64,000 nt of DNA from Lepidodermella squamata. Lineage: Eukaryota > Animalia > Gastrotricha. The position numbers and the translations under genes are program-made. Location of the stretch: the NCBI GenBank assembly GCA_047495785.1, contig JBLDXI010000024.1, positions 4,526,001-4,590,000 of the forward strand, read 5' to 3'. Below are positions 1 to 12,400 of the stretch, piece by piece. The notes under the pieces are model-generated. The model worked only from the letters and a program-made list of their open reading frames with translations, was not told the origin of the DNA and searched no databases. Each line of letters opens with the position of its first letter. Position 1 is the stretch's first letter.

Positions 1-142
1 TCATGGAAATCGAATTTTATTAATTTCAAAAATTAAAAAAATAGAGATTGCGTTGCCGTTTTATCGAATCCATGATATTTTTCCGACGATAAGACATGAT
101 AAGAGATATTAGAAGTAATTTGTGCTTGATTAAAAATGTAAC

Positions 143-215
143 CGAGGCTGCCAGAAGTCGAACCTGGAATCTTCTGATCCGTAGTCAGACGCGTTATCCA
201 TTGCGCCACAACCCC
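143..215 (-). tRNA. tRNA-Arg-ACG: tRNA-Arg (anticodon ACG)
   Basis: Reverse complement GGGGTTGTGGCGCAATGGATAACGCGTCTGACTACGGATCAGAAGATTCCAGGTTCGACTTCTGGCAGCCTCG folds as a cloverleaf; anticodon arm TCTGA-CT-ACG-GA-TCAGA; T-run terminator follows. Position 61 is T rather than the usual C. Confidence 0.93.
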
Positions 216-1599
216 TATGAGCGATAATACTTTGGGAAACATGTTTTCAAGGACTGCTACACTCTGTCTTCCGAACAAATTGCTTATGGATTATAAACTA
301 CCGAATGGAATTTCTCGCACGAAAAGCGTAAAGCATAATAAATAATGAAGCATAATACATGTACATTTGAATATTGTCGTAATATTTTCATTTTACATTT
401 TGTTGACCGAGAATACCATATTCAATCGCTTCTAAATGTATCGACTATCGACTTAAATTTCATTTGGATAAAAACCAATGCGTACTTCATGAACAATTGT
501 GTTAATCCTCAAAACCTGTTCTGTAATTCCGAAGAGAACCAAATATGCCCTGTTCAAACCAATATAATGTGAGTGATTGGATTTAGGCAATTTTTTGAGG
601 ATTTGATTTACTGATGATTTGATTTTTTTGATGTAGCCCCCTTGATTTGCTATCGATTCATAGTATTCAAAAATCTCGGAATTTCCCCTGTTACCCTCAT
701 TTGCCTCGAAAACACCTGTTTTCCGAAGTCTGGAGCAACCACATTAACCTTAAAATGTGAAAGATTCCTTGAAAAATGAAAAATGTCCCTAATGCTGAAG
801 TTTCTCTATGCAGAAGATTCGATTCGATTCGATTTAAATCAATCTGCCACGGATTATTGGGCGATTTGATTTGAACTGATCGATTTATAAATATCTGTGA
901 TTTACTAAAGAAATCAAAAAGTCAAATCAACGTCACTGACCGGCACGAAGATTTGGGAACAAAGATGTACAATCTCGATGAGGCGAACAACTGGGTCAAA
1001 TCGATTCGTTCATCAAAATCACTTGAAAATGTGAAGAGAACAACGGCGGACAAATCGATTTCACGCCTTTGTTCGTCCCATCACGATTGTTCCTGGTTGC
1101 TCCCTAATTTTCCAGCTGGTTTGTGAAGCGGCTTGTACGCATTTAAAGGATAAAGGATAGATTACCTAACTAGCTAAGGAATAAGTTGGGCGTTTCCTTC
1201 ATATTCCACTAGAAAATTCCATCCTGACGCAAGTTTCTTTGTTCGATGTCCTCCATCTAGCTGGTGGTTTATTGATTCAACTGCGTTGTCTATTCGGTAT
1301 TCGGCTTTAGGCATTCAACATTCAAACTGCGAATGCATTTAGGAGCCAAAAATTTTATATAAAAAGTTGTCGTTACAAACCCAGGTCAAGATCGACGAGT
1401 TGAGCTGCTGATGAATTATGCAAGAGATGCGTTTCATGCTCCAACAGAAACGGTTTTACTTTGCTGCAACTTGGTCTCCATGCCCGCCCATTGCTCAGGT
1501 GTTAATAATGAATGGGGCTCACATGGCTTTCAGTTAACTATTAAAAATTCTATTTTTATCTGCACATCTACACTTCGATGGCAGGTGGCCGTGTTAAGT

Positions 1600-2400
1600 C
1601 AACAAAAATGTACTTTTTTTAACCATTTGATCGATCAAAGATCTGCGAATAGGTAGAAAGAAACGAAGCTGAATTGGCTGAATCGAGCCGCAGTACAACT
1701 TGTTGGCTTCGTCGGCACAAATTCGAGTAAATCGCTCTATCAAGATCATCTGATAGTGGTATAACAATTGGCGACTGGCGACTGGCGACTGAAGATCAGA
1801 ATCCAGATATGTACCAAAGCGCCCTAAATAAGAAGGAAATCCAAGCAGCACTATCGGTGGAATATTTCCAGCCTGAACTGGCAACGCCATTTTTCTGACG
1901 AAAAGCTTCTTCTCAATCATCAAGTGTTGATACAAAACGTGGCTCAAAATCGAGGCTCCGATATCCCTTGGGTGTAGGGCGGGCGGCTTGTAAAAACTTG
2001 TCGTAGAAGCAGGAAGTAGGTCAAAAACGCGCTGTAAGCTGGATCAAGCATCTCGGCAGCCAACTTGGTCGAATTTTATCGCTCAAATGCGGCGAATGAC
2101 AGTTATTCCCAGCCCTCCCTGGAAGCTGCCGTAGCAGTATGCTATGCCTATATCAGAAGCGTGCTGATTTTCGGCAGCCCGGCTTGGGTCGGCGTTGATC
2201 CAAAAGCGCAACAAACTCGATGTGATCCAAAATCGGAATTGCCCTGCGCCTTCCGCCTTGGCACAACAGCGAGGACCTGCGCAAAAGGGCCGCAATCGCA
2301 ACAATCAGAGAAAATGGCACCAGGCTGGCAACCAACTGGCTGACTCGATCACTGCGATACTATAACCTTGTCGGAAAGGAAAGTGTCATCCTTCTGCGAA
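1600..2400. mobile_element. Degenerate non-LTR retrotransposon (CR1/L2-like) RT C-terminal fragments, in both orientations
   Basis: Minus ORF has 'IPPIV..SYLG..GTYLDSDLQ...KLYCGSIQP' and plus ORF has 'CYAYIRSVLIFGSPAW'. Both resemble the post-RT motifs YLGV.LD..L and LY...IRP.LEY...VW of CR1/L2 elements; frames are broken. Confidence 0.45.
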
Positions 2401-3423
2401 AGCCAACTGACGAAAGGTTAACCGAAACTCGAAGCGGCCGCCTCTGTTAGCAATGCGGTTTTAGTCTTAGATGGTCGACATCCGTAATAACACTATTATT
2501 TTTAAATCAACACATACCTGTTTACCCAGCGGATACCTGCGCACTGCGCATGATCGGCGCTCGACTCGTGCTTCTCACAGGCCCGGCTGGTCCTATGCTT
2601 GGTGGTTTTACTAAGCCACTAATTTCCTATTCTTTTAGTCAGAATTCTCTCAAGCCCGAACCGTAGCACACCGTTTCGTAATGCCAGGGCGAGGGCCTTA
2701 GGCAAGCCCACTCGGCGTGGATCTGACCTTTTCTTAATCGGACCGGATCTATCCAACCCGTACCTTAGTACTCATGATGCTGGGGCGGGGCCTTGAACAA
2801 GTCCATTCGGCGTAGCTCTGGATTCTGTTCTGAAATCGGTGACCAGTCTAGGTTAAAATCCTAGAATGATCTGCTGGATGATCTGATATCAAAGCATTCA
2901 GCGACGACCCTAAAAATTCGATATGCGCCCAGTTGGGTGTGCTAAGGGTACGATCAGTTTTTATCAATTTGAATAATGTTTCAAAGCCTATTTGCAAATT
3001 TTTATTGAAAACGCTGGATTCGGAATTCGGAACCATGTAAGCATGACTCAGATTTTTTCTTTGCTTGCGTTACTTGCGAGACACGCTGTAGACGCTGTAG
3101 GGACCGACTGTATGGCCCGATCGGCGTGGCTTCTGAGCCAAATGCCCCACTAGGTTAGGGGAGGAGAGAGGGGGAGGGGGGCCTTCGCTTGTACACCTTC
3201 CATATGGCTTGCGCCTGCTGCCGTTTCAGGAAACCTTGTACCTAACATAGAAGAGAAGAATAGTACCTAAAGAGGGAGAACTGGATGCTAATCTGCTAAT
3301 CTGCTGGGAAAACGACCACCATTTGTTGCGGTGGAGCGACATAAGGCGCAACAATGTGCGTGGATTCAAAGAGCTCTCTTTCTTCTTCTTTCTAGTTTTT
3401 TTACTATATGAATACTTCTTAAA

Positions 3424-6400
3424 ATGGATTTATGGCCTTCTTTGATATTGCTTTTGGCAATAAGCTGCGGCAGTATGACGCAATCTTTTGTTATTCGACT
3501 TAAATAACCTGTCTTTTAACAGTTGTTGAGTGTCAATGCGACATGTCTTGCAGCAATGGTGGCTATTGCAAAAACAACCAGTGTTATTGCCCTGCTCCGT
3601 GGGGTGGAGAAAAGTGTGACGATTCAGGTAAAATGCCTCGCAGGCAGTAACGTTAAAGCTGACATCAATCATTTTATAGGGGTGGCCTACTGTTCATCTG
3701 CAGCTAGCGGGTCGCTTCCGCTATGCCAGAACGGAGGCACTTGTAATGGCAGTTGTATTTGCCCACCAGGATTCAGTGGGCGATTCTGTGAAATAGGTTT
3801 GATTTGATTTCAATCTGAACTCATCTTGCATTCCGTCATTTCACTAGTCCCATGCTCTCCAACCTGCCAAGAAATTTGCACTTCGCCGTGTAAGAATGGA
3901 GGGAGTTGCATTGCCCAAGGTAAATGTTCCTGTCCCGCTGGATGGACCGGGCCCACTTGCGAGACCTTCACATGCCCAGCAGGCTGTTCGAATGGAGGCA
4001 CGTGCGTTGGACCTGACACTTGCGCATGCACTGCTGACTGGAAAGGCAATGACTGTAGGACAGGTAACATAACGTCGTTCAGATAGCAACACACTGAACT
4101 CTACTGGATGTTTCAGCTGTCTGCTTGCTGACTTGCGTAAACGGAGGATCATGTACCGCTCCAAACGTATGCACTTGCGCTCCGAAATGGATGGGTTCAA
4201 CTTGCAACACGCCTACAAACGACAGTATGATTTTGACTTTGTCCATTCGAGATGCACATTTCTGGGCCCGCTCATGTTTCGTCCAGGCGCGCTCTCCCAT
4301 TGCTTGACAGGTCACGCATATCCCTTCAGAAGTGGCTTTTCGAAAAAAAATCGGTTTTTAGACCAAAATAAAATTTGATCGATTCTTTGTCGATTGAATA
4401 TATGGTTCTCGTTCGAAAAATGAAAGGGATTTTTTACCTGCACTCAAAATTTGCGATCGAAATAAGCGCGCTCACAATTTGTGTTTTTGTACGCGACATT
4501 TTGGGCGCACATAAAAAAATTTCCTCTAATTTTTTCGAACAAGAATCCATAACCAAGCGACGGAGAATCGCTCAAATTGTATTTTGGTCTAAAAACCGAC
4601 AACATCTTTGAAAAATCACCTTTGAGGTTTTATCCTTGGTTTTATCGCGCAGCAAAACAAGAAGAAGGCAAAACTGCGCGCACGCTCAAGTCAAAGCCAC
4701 GCATTTTAATTCGCGATGAAACTGTTGCTTGCAATAATTTGAAGGTGCTTTTCAAAATAATTCAAAACCTTTTGCTAAAATGACTAATAAATTGATCAAA
4801 AATATGATACACTTGTTTTAGCTTTAGACTACTGTGGCTCATAATTATGCGCGCGCGCGCAATGATTGCGCAACAGGCCTTCACACATGCCAGCCAAAAT
4901 GCGCGCGCGGACGAAACACTGGCGAGCCCGGAAATCCGCATTCGGGATAGGTAATACTTTAATTCTTTATTCAAGTGTGCAGCGCTAGTATCCCATGCGC
5001 AAATCGCGGCACGTGTAACAACGGTCTCTGCTACTGTGCCGAATCCTATACAAACACTGATTGTTCAACGACCGGTAAAATGTCCAGCGTATTGACAGTT
5101 CAGATTTGCAGTTATTTAATCCGAAGGAACTGATGTCTGCTCATCAAATGGCGTCGACTACCCTTGGTGTTTAAATGGTGGCACATGCGACTTTACCGGC
5201 TCGGCCACTAAATGTAACTGCCCTCACGGAGTGAGTGGCAAGTATTGCGAGACCGGTAGGAACCCGCCATTTTGTATATCAAATTTAAATATAATAATAT
5301 TTCAGTTCTTAACCGTAAGTTTTGTTCACTGCTCCCAAGTAATTAATGAAGGAATATGCGATGCAGAATGTGACAGTGACGACGTCACTCTCAAGTACAG
5401 GGGTTGGGGAGGTAGCATTTCCGCTTCTTCTGGCAACGCAGCCGATGCTCTAACAACAGGCGGCTGGGTGCCTGCGGCCACTGACCGAAGGGTGTTTTGG
5501 CAGCTAACCTTGCCATTTGATTTCACGATTTCGACCATCGAAGTCGGATCAGGCTCAAATGCTGTGGGCTATGTGACAAACTATGCGATTTCCTTCAGCG
5601 TGAAACAGAAATATTTTGGGAGTTATTATTACCCTTTTCTCACAAGTTTCGCTGCTTGGAATAATCCCGTTCAGGTGCGCCTGCTTACTGATACGAGAAG
5701 ACGAAATAATATGAATCCTTCTAGATTTTTCCTGGGTTCAATGGAACTGCAGCGGGAGTTTCGGAACTTTGCCCAAATATAAGAACTTCTGGCTTGCGTC
5801 TTTGGCCTAAAAACTTCTCCGCTTCGCCTTATGCAATGACAATCAAGATTTATGGCTGCCAGGCGCATTCCGGCTGTGTTCTTTCTGGGTCCGGGACGTG
5901 CAAAACAACTTGCACGTGTCCAGCTGGCTATACTAGCGGCACTGGTTCAAACTGCGGTAAGGGTTGATTTCCATTGAAACCCTCAATTCCGAACCCATAT
6001 TCAGGTCCTAACGCGCCGGTTCCTAATTCCTAATTTTCCTAATTTTTTCACTTTTTTGGTAATATTTTATTACATAATTCAACGGGTACATTTATTCACG
6101 TAACGGACAACTAGGAAGGGAAAATTCAACCGCTCGATTTATTCACTGGGTTAACGATGAAGGCCTCATATCTCACGGGGTGCTATTACCACTCCTATTC
6201 TACTCCGCTCATAGTTGGATTTTGGAAGCAGAATCAGCAAAAGCTGTTTTGTTCGTCGTGTAATCATGATATCTTGCATTATTCTGTCCGTTACGGTAAA
6301 CCTTGAATTCAATTTCTTTGACTTCGCACAACATCTGGGAAACGCTATAGCCGGATAATCAATTCAGTATAAAGCATACCTCACACATGGCACCACGTTT

Positions 6401-9400
6401 TGCCAGATGCAATGTTTTTTCAAGGTTTCACACCTATGAACGGACAGACATGCGGTGACGTAACGGACAGACTGTGAGCGTAACGGACAGAGACACAACT
6501 CAAGACAGACTGACTACTCGAGAGAAAAGAGCGGAACACCATTGGTCAGAGCGCGAAGTACGAGGGAGGGGGGAGGGCTATCGTACCCTCCAGTTCGGCA
6601 GGCTAAAGTGGAAAATCCCCGAAAAATCCACAGGGGGACCCTTTTTTAATCACGGTATGGCGTGAGCTTTCTTCGGAAGCCAAGCTTTCAACAATTGTTT
6701 ACTGAATTTTGTGAGTCTCTATAGTCAATAGAGGTTTCTATTCGACTATATAGTCTCGGTGGAAAACGCCATTACTTTTTGCCTGTGGTCTGTGGGCATT
6801 AGCAAAAAAGACACAAACCAACTCGTGATTCACAAGACACAACTATGCGCATGAATCTGAACCAGAACACAGCATGAACCTTGCGCATGAATCACATAGG
6901 TGGCTATAAGATGTCCAAACCAAAAGTAATGGTGTTTCCCACCGAGAAACCCACTGAGAAACCTCAACAAATTGCCAATATTCGGGAAGAAAATCGTTCA
7001 AGGTCACGCCATACCCCGATTAGATCCATCGTCGCGTCCGATCACTACGCGCTTACGGTTACTACGCGCACAGCCACGTGACGTGGAGCCTCAAATTTGA
7101 CTTTCCAGTGATTTTTTCGCATTGGAAATGCAACCCGTTTGATTACCAATTAGAAAACTTGAATAGAAATTGTGAAAAGCATTGCGAAACAGAGAGATAA
7201 ATGTGCGAAAATTTCCGACTTGACCAATGACACATTTTTAAATCTAGAAATTGCGCGGCACGATGAAAAGTGGGTTTGAAGAGAATATTTAAGCACAAAT
7301 TTTTATAGCGAATCTGGTCAACTGCGCGTTGAAATTTAACTTCTTTTATCCTCATCCGTATTGTCGCGTCTCATTATGCAAGCAATTTGGAGAATTAAGG
7401 TGAAATGGGAAAAATTCATTGGCCCCAAGTAGAAGCCTTACCCGCGCGTGATTTGCGAGCGCACACCCAACTTCGCTCGCGTAGAAAATGCCACCAATAA
7501 GGCCGCCGAAGTTTCGTTATTTTCTCCGCTTGTAGCAGTTTGTACTTCGCTCTCCGAAGAGTTCAGTCTCCGAAGTAGTTTGTCACCGCTCTACATATTA
7601 CAAAACCCTAATAATTTAGAAAAACTGAATAGATATTCTCCTCTTCAGATGCATGGACCATGTCACCAATTGATTGCGAAGACATTTTGGCGCGTGATAA
7701 CACGAAACAGGACGGTTCTTACACAATATACCCGCCGTCATTCTCAGCAGTGTCAGTTTACTGCGCGATGAGCATCCTCGGTGGAGGTTGGACTGTATTT
7801 CAACGCCGCCTAAACGGCTTGGTTGATTTTTACCAGACTTGGGCGAATTATAAGGCTGGCTTTAGCACGGGGGTGACCGAATTTTGGCTTGGGAACGATA
7901 ATATCAACCGTCTCACGTTTCAAAATTACAATTCATTGCCGCTACTTGGTCTCTACATGGTTGCGGCTGACGGTGATCGCGGATTTGCTATTCACAAAGA
8001 ATTTTATCTAGACGACGAAGCTAGCAATTATACACTTCATATTGGGTCGTTTGAAACCGGCAATGCAGGTGAGTATTGATACTCGCCCTAATTATTCTGA
8101 TGGATAATTTGGAACCAGGCGACTCGTTAATCTACCATAACAACCTCCCGTTCAGTACTTATGACCGAGACAACTCGATGTATTCAAACTGCACGAGCGC
8201 ATACAGAGGCGGGTGGTGGTAAGCTTTACTGCGATTGATTCTTTTCAGACGATCTCCCCGATCTTTTCCAGGTATGGAAACTGTCTTCATTCCAATTTGA
8301 ACGGGTTAGGCAAGAAGGTTATTCAAGTTTTCTTCGGACGTTTGCATCGTTCTGTCTTCCAGATTATATGGCTCAAGCAATTGGGGCCAAATGATATGTC
8401 ATAATTCTTTCAAAGGCTTCACGGTTGGGATGACGACCGCTATGATGATGTATAGACGAAACAATCCCATGGAAGTTTTTCCATGTGAGTAGTTTATCTG
8501 TGTTGAAGGTCTATCAATTCAACGCTTTGATTCAGATCCACGTTCCCTCACGCCAGTCGACTGCGATGAAGTGTTGAAAGGCAATCCGTTTTCGAAGAGT
8601 GGCACTTTCAACGTCTATCCCGTGGGGTATACCAGCCCAGTACTCGTATACTGCGAAATGGCTGCCCAGGGTGGGGGTTTTACAGTTATCCAGCGCAATG
8701 CAAACTACAATTTCAACCAATCGTGGTCTGTCTACGTGGCGGGTTTCGGCACCTTGACTTCCTCTTTCTACCTTGGCAATGACAAAATGTACAAACTCGT
8801 AAACCCGCAAACTGGATTGCAGTTTCAACTGATCATTACTTTGGAAGACAACACTGGCATGAAGCGAACGGCAGCTTACAACTCGTTCAACTTACTGGAA
8901 AACGTCAACTACACTTTATCGATTTCAGGCTATCAGTCTATTGCCAGTGATAATGCCGGGGATTCGCTTACAACATCGAACAATCAGCCGTTTCAGACGT
9001 ACGACCAAGCTCAAGGTCGAGTTTGCGGACCTAAGCGACCAGGTGGCTGGTGGTTCAAAGTTCCAACCAACGGGGACTCGGTCAATCCTGATTGTTCCGA
9101 TGCGAATCTCAACGGACTCTTTGGAGGAAATACATGGGAAATGGGGCAGTTCTGGAACTCGTTGACAGGCAAAAATAAGTCGCTAACCTCAAGCACAATG
9201 ATGATCAAGCCCTGTAATTTATAGAAGACCTATGAAATTCGGCAGAATTCGGGAGTTTCTTTTTCAGATACTGCTAAGCCCATGGATTGTATGGACGTGT
9301 ATAAAACGAATTCGTTGGTCTCCGGGGTTTTTTGGATTTATCACCCGGTTGCTGGCCCATTGCAAGTTCTCTGCGATCCCTCGATCTACTTTACAGGGAC

Positions 9401-12400
9401 GCCCGGCTGGACTGTGAGTCTAGCAAGTTCTTGGTATATTTTCGTTAATTACTAGCCTATAGGTGATTCAAATACAAGTTTACAATACCACATCTTTCGC
9501 GAGAACATGGTCGGACTACAAAACTGGCTTCAGATTTAGCCCGTTCTCTCAGACAACTGACTATTGGATTGGTAAAACTTCTAACATCGCATTCATCCAT
9601 TTGTTATTTTTTCCGTATAGGTAACGAGAACTTGTACAAACTGACGAAAGATGCAGCCTATCAGCTGGTGGTGAGAGTGGGGCTGACTAACGGCACGATG
9701 TTGAAGGCGTTCTACAGTGACTTCCAAGTTAGCAGCGAGACTTATGGCTATGGACTTTTCGTGGGCAGCTATCAAGGAGATGCTGGAGATATGCTGACCG
9801 CTAAGCACAATAACATGCAATTTTCAACGTACGATCAAGGCCCGGCTTATCTCTGCTTTTCGAACTATAAAATCAGCGGCGGATGGTGGCTGCCTGCAGA
9901 CTGCTCATTCGACTCGAATGCAAACAACAAAATGTCTTCAAGCGACGTCAACGCCACGCTAAAATGGGGTACGTTGTCTGTCAAAACGTTTTTGATGGCG
10001 ATTCAACGGAAACAATGGCGTAAGTTGCGATTACTGAACGCAATGAGACGTGTAATATCTCAAATTTTTCAGCCAACGTTAAGAACATTCCCAACGCGAA
10101 ATCACGGCTTATGTCTCCGACTTACGGAATTGTCATGTACGACTGTAATAAAAACTTTCAGGGATTCGACAATGGGGACAGAGTTTATTCTGCGACTTAT
10201 GGAATATATTCCAGCAACAGTTTTGTTTGCAGTGGTAAGTTTTCTTATTCTCACATCGCGATGACAATCAAACCTGTTTTGTAAACAGCTAAGGCCCCAG
10301 CCCAGGACTGCAACACCGCTTCGAGTGGCGCGGGAGTGAATTCATTCTTCGACTCCATCTCAGGCACTTCCTACTCCGTTTATTGTGACCAGGAAACGTT
10401 GGGCGGGGGCTGGACTGTTATTCAGCGTCGGATGAATAGCTTGAATCCCTTTTCTACTTCCTTGAGTAATTACGAATTTGGGTTCGGCGTAATAACGGGC
10501 GATTACTGGGTGGGAAATTCAATAATTCGATCGATGACTCAGGCCGCTGATTACGAGCTGCTGATAGAAATCGGCCAGGATAACAGCTGGGGCTTTGCTT
10601 TGTACGGAAATTTCTACATCACGTCGACTTATAACAATCTGAACGTGTCTGGATACAACAATGTCTCAACTGTGGGAGATTCCTTGACGCCTCTGTCATC
10701 TCTACCTTTCATCATCGATCCTTGCGGAGCAGGTGGTGGTTGGTGGTTGGCCCAACCTAGCTGCTCGCTAGCTAACATTCAAAGCAACCTGAACAATTAT
10801 CTGGTAAACCAAACTCAAGGCTACATGAACAGTTACTGGAGAACATTCAGCTCAGTGGCAAGTGCACCTCTAACACATACCGAAATGAAAATTAGGCGCT
10901 CCACGAGGGGAAGTACTATGTTTTCATACATTATGGCGCCGAATTATCAATGCAGTCCTACTACTGGCTCTTCGTACACCTTTGAAAACCTTACCTCAGT
11001 GTCGATGTGCACGGCTGCTTGCACCTCTTACAAAGCTTGGAACTGCCAGCTTGTGATCTTCAATAGACTTAATTTTTACTGCACTATGAAAAGCGACTAT
11101 TGCGAGCCCGGCATTGGATCTGTTTTCACGGATGTTGATTCATACTATCGAAACGAGCTGCCGAACCATGTCTCGAAAAGTTGCGGTTTCCCGCCAGCAA
11201 TTAGAAATACGAATCGCCAGATCGTGGGAATGCCAACTGTCATGTCGGTGAATTACACCTGTACCGTTGATATTACAAAAACCACAGTGCTAACATGCAA
11301 CGCTACGACCAAGTTATGGACTGGCAATTTCCTGGTTTGCCCGGATTGTTCGGGCATTGGGAAGTGTATGAATGGAGGCGTGTGTTACGCCACTAACACC
11401 TGCCGCTGCGCTCCAGGATGGACAGGTACAACATGTACCGTACAGACGAGTGATTGTTCGGCCATCGGATCATGCTTCAATGGCGGTTCCTGTATTGGTG
11501 TTAATGTTTGCCAGTGTTTACCTGGCTGGAACGGAACGAACTGCACGATACGTAAGTTCGAACTCTTTCGCGAACATTATCTTAAAGAGATTCAATTTAT
11601 TTTCAGCATCGTGTTCTGCGATTGGGGGATGCCAGAACGGAGGATCCTGTGTTGCCCCCAATTCGTGTACATGTTTTGGAAACTCGACCGGCATTGATTG
11701 CTCTGTGCTAACGAACGTAACAGATTCGTGTTCTTCGATTGGCGGATGCCAGAACGGAGGGTCTTGTGTTAAGACCGATACTTGCGCCTGTATTGGAAAC
11801 TGGACCGGCATTGACTGCACTGTGGCAAAGAACGGAACGAATTCGTCATCATCATCATTGTGTTCTTCGATTGGCGAATGCAAGAACGGAGGGTTCTGTA
11901 TAAAGCTAGATACTTGTGCATGTTTTGGAGGTTGGACTGGCAAGGACTGCTCTGCAAAAATGAACAAATCAGATTCTGCTGTTTCGATCGCCTCTCTCGT
12001 TGACCTGCCGCCTCAGGTCCTAATCGCTGCGGCTGCTTCAATCAGTACTATGGCGCTGGAAGCTTCTGAATCCATCACTTCTACAGAGAACGCAACAGCC
12101 ATGGCCGCAGCGTCTACCGCTTTCATGGCTGGAATGGCCCCCGTTATGGGTAAATACGCTGAAGTAGCAGCTGATATGTCCCCTGCAGCTGTGACGAACG
12201 TCACAATGGGTTTTGCTTCTGCAACGAGCTCTGTTATGTTTGCCGTGTCTGATGCTGTCGAAACAACAAGCGGATCTACGACACCAGCTCCGTCAGATAA
12301 AACGAATAAATGTAAATCGGTAACAGTGGCATCTGATGACGATGAAGAATCACCTGCTCCTACTGCTGTCCTTTCAACTGACGACGTAAGTTGTTGTCGA

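Noticed and set aside
33-278. 81-aa minus ORF
   Set aside because: Incidental translation across the tRNA-Arg gene.
2650-2850. Two degenerate ~100-bp direct repeats
   Set aside because: Too diverged and only two units; no CRISPR-like or other interpretable structure.
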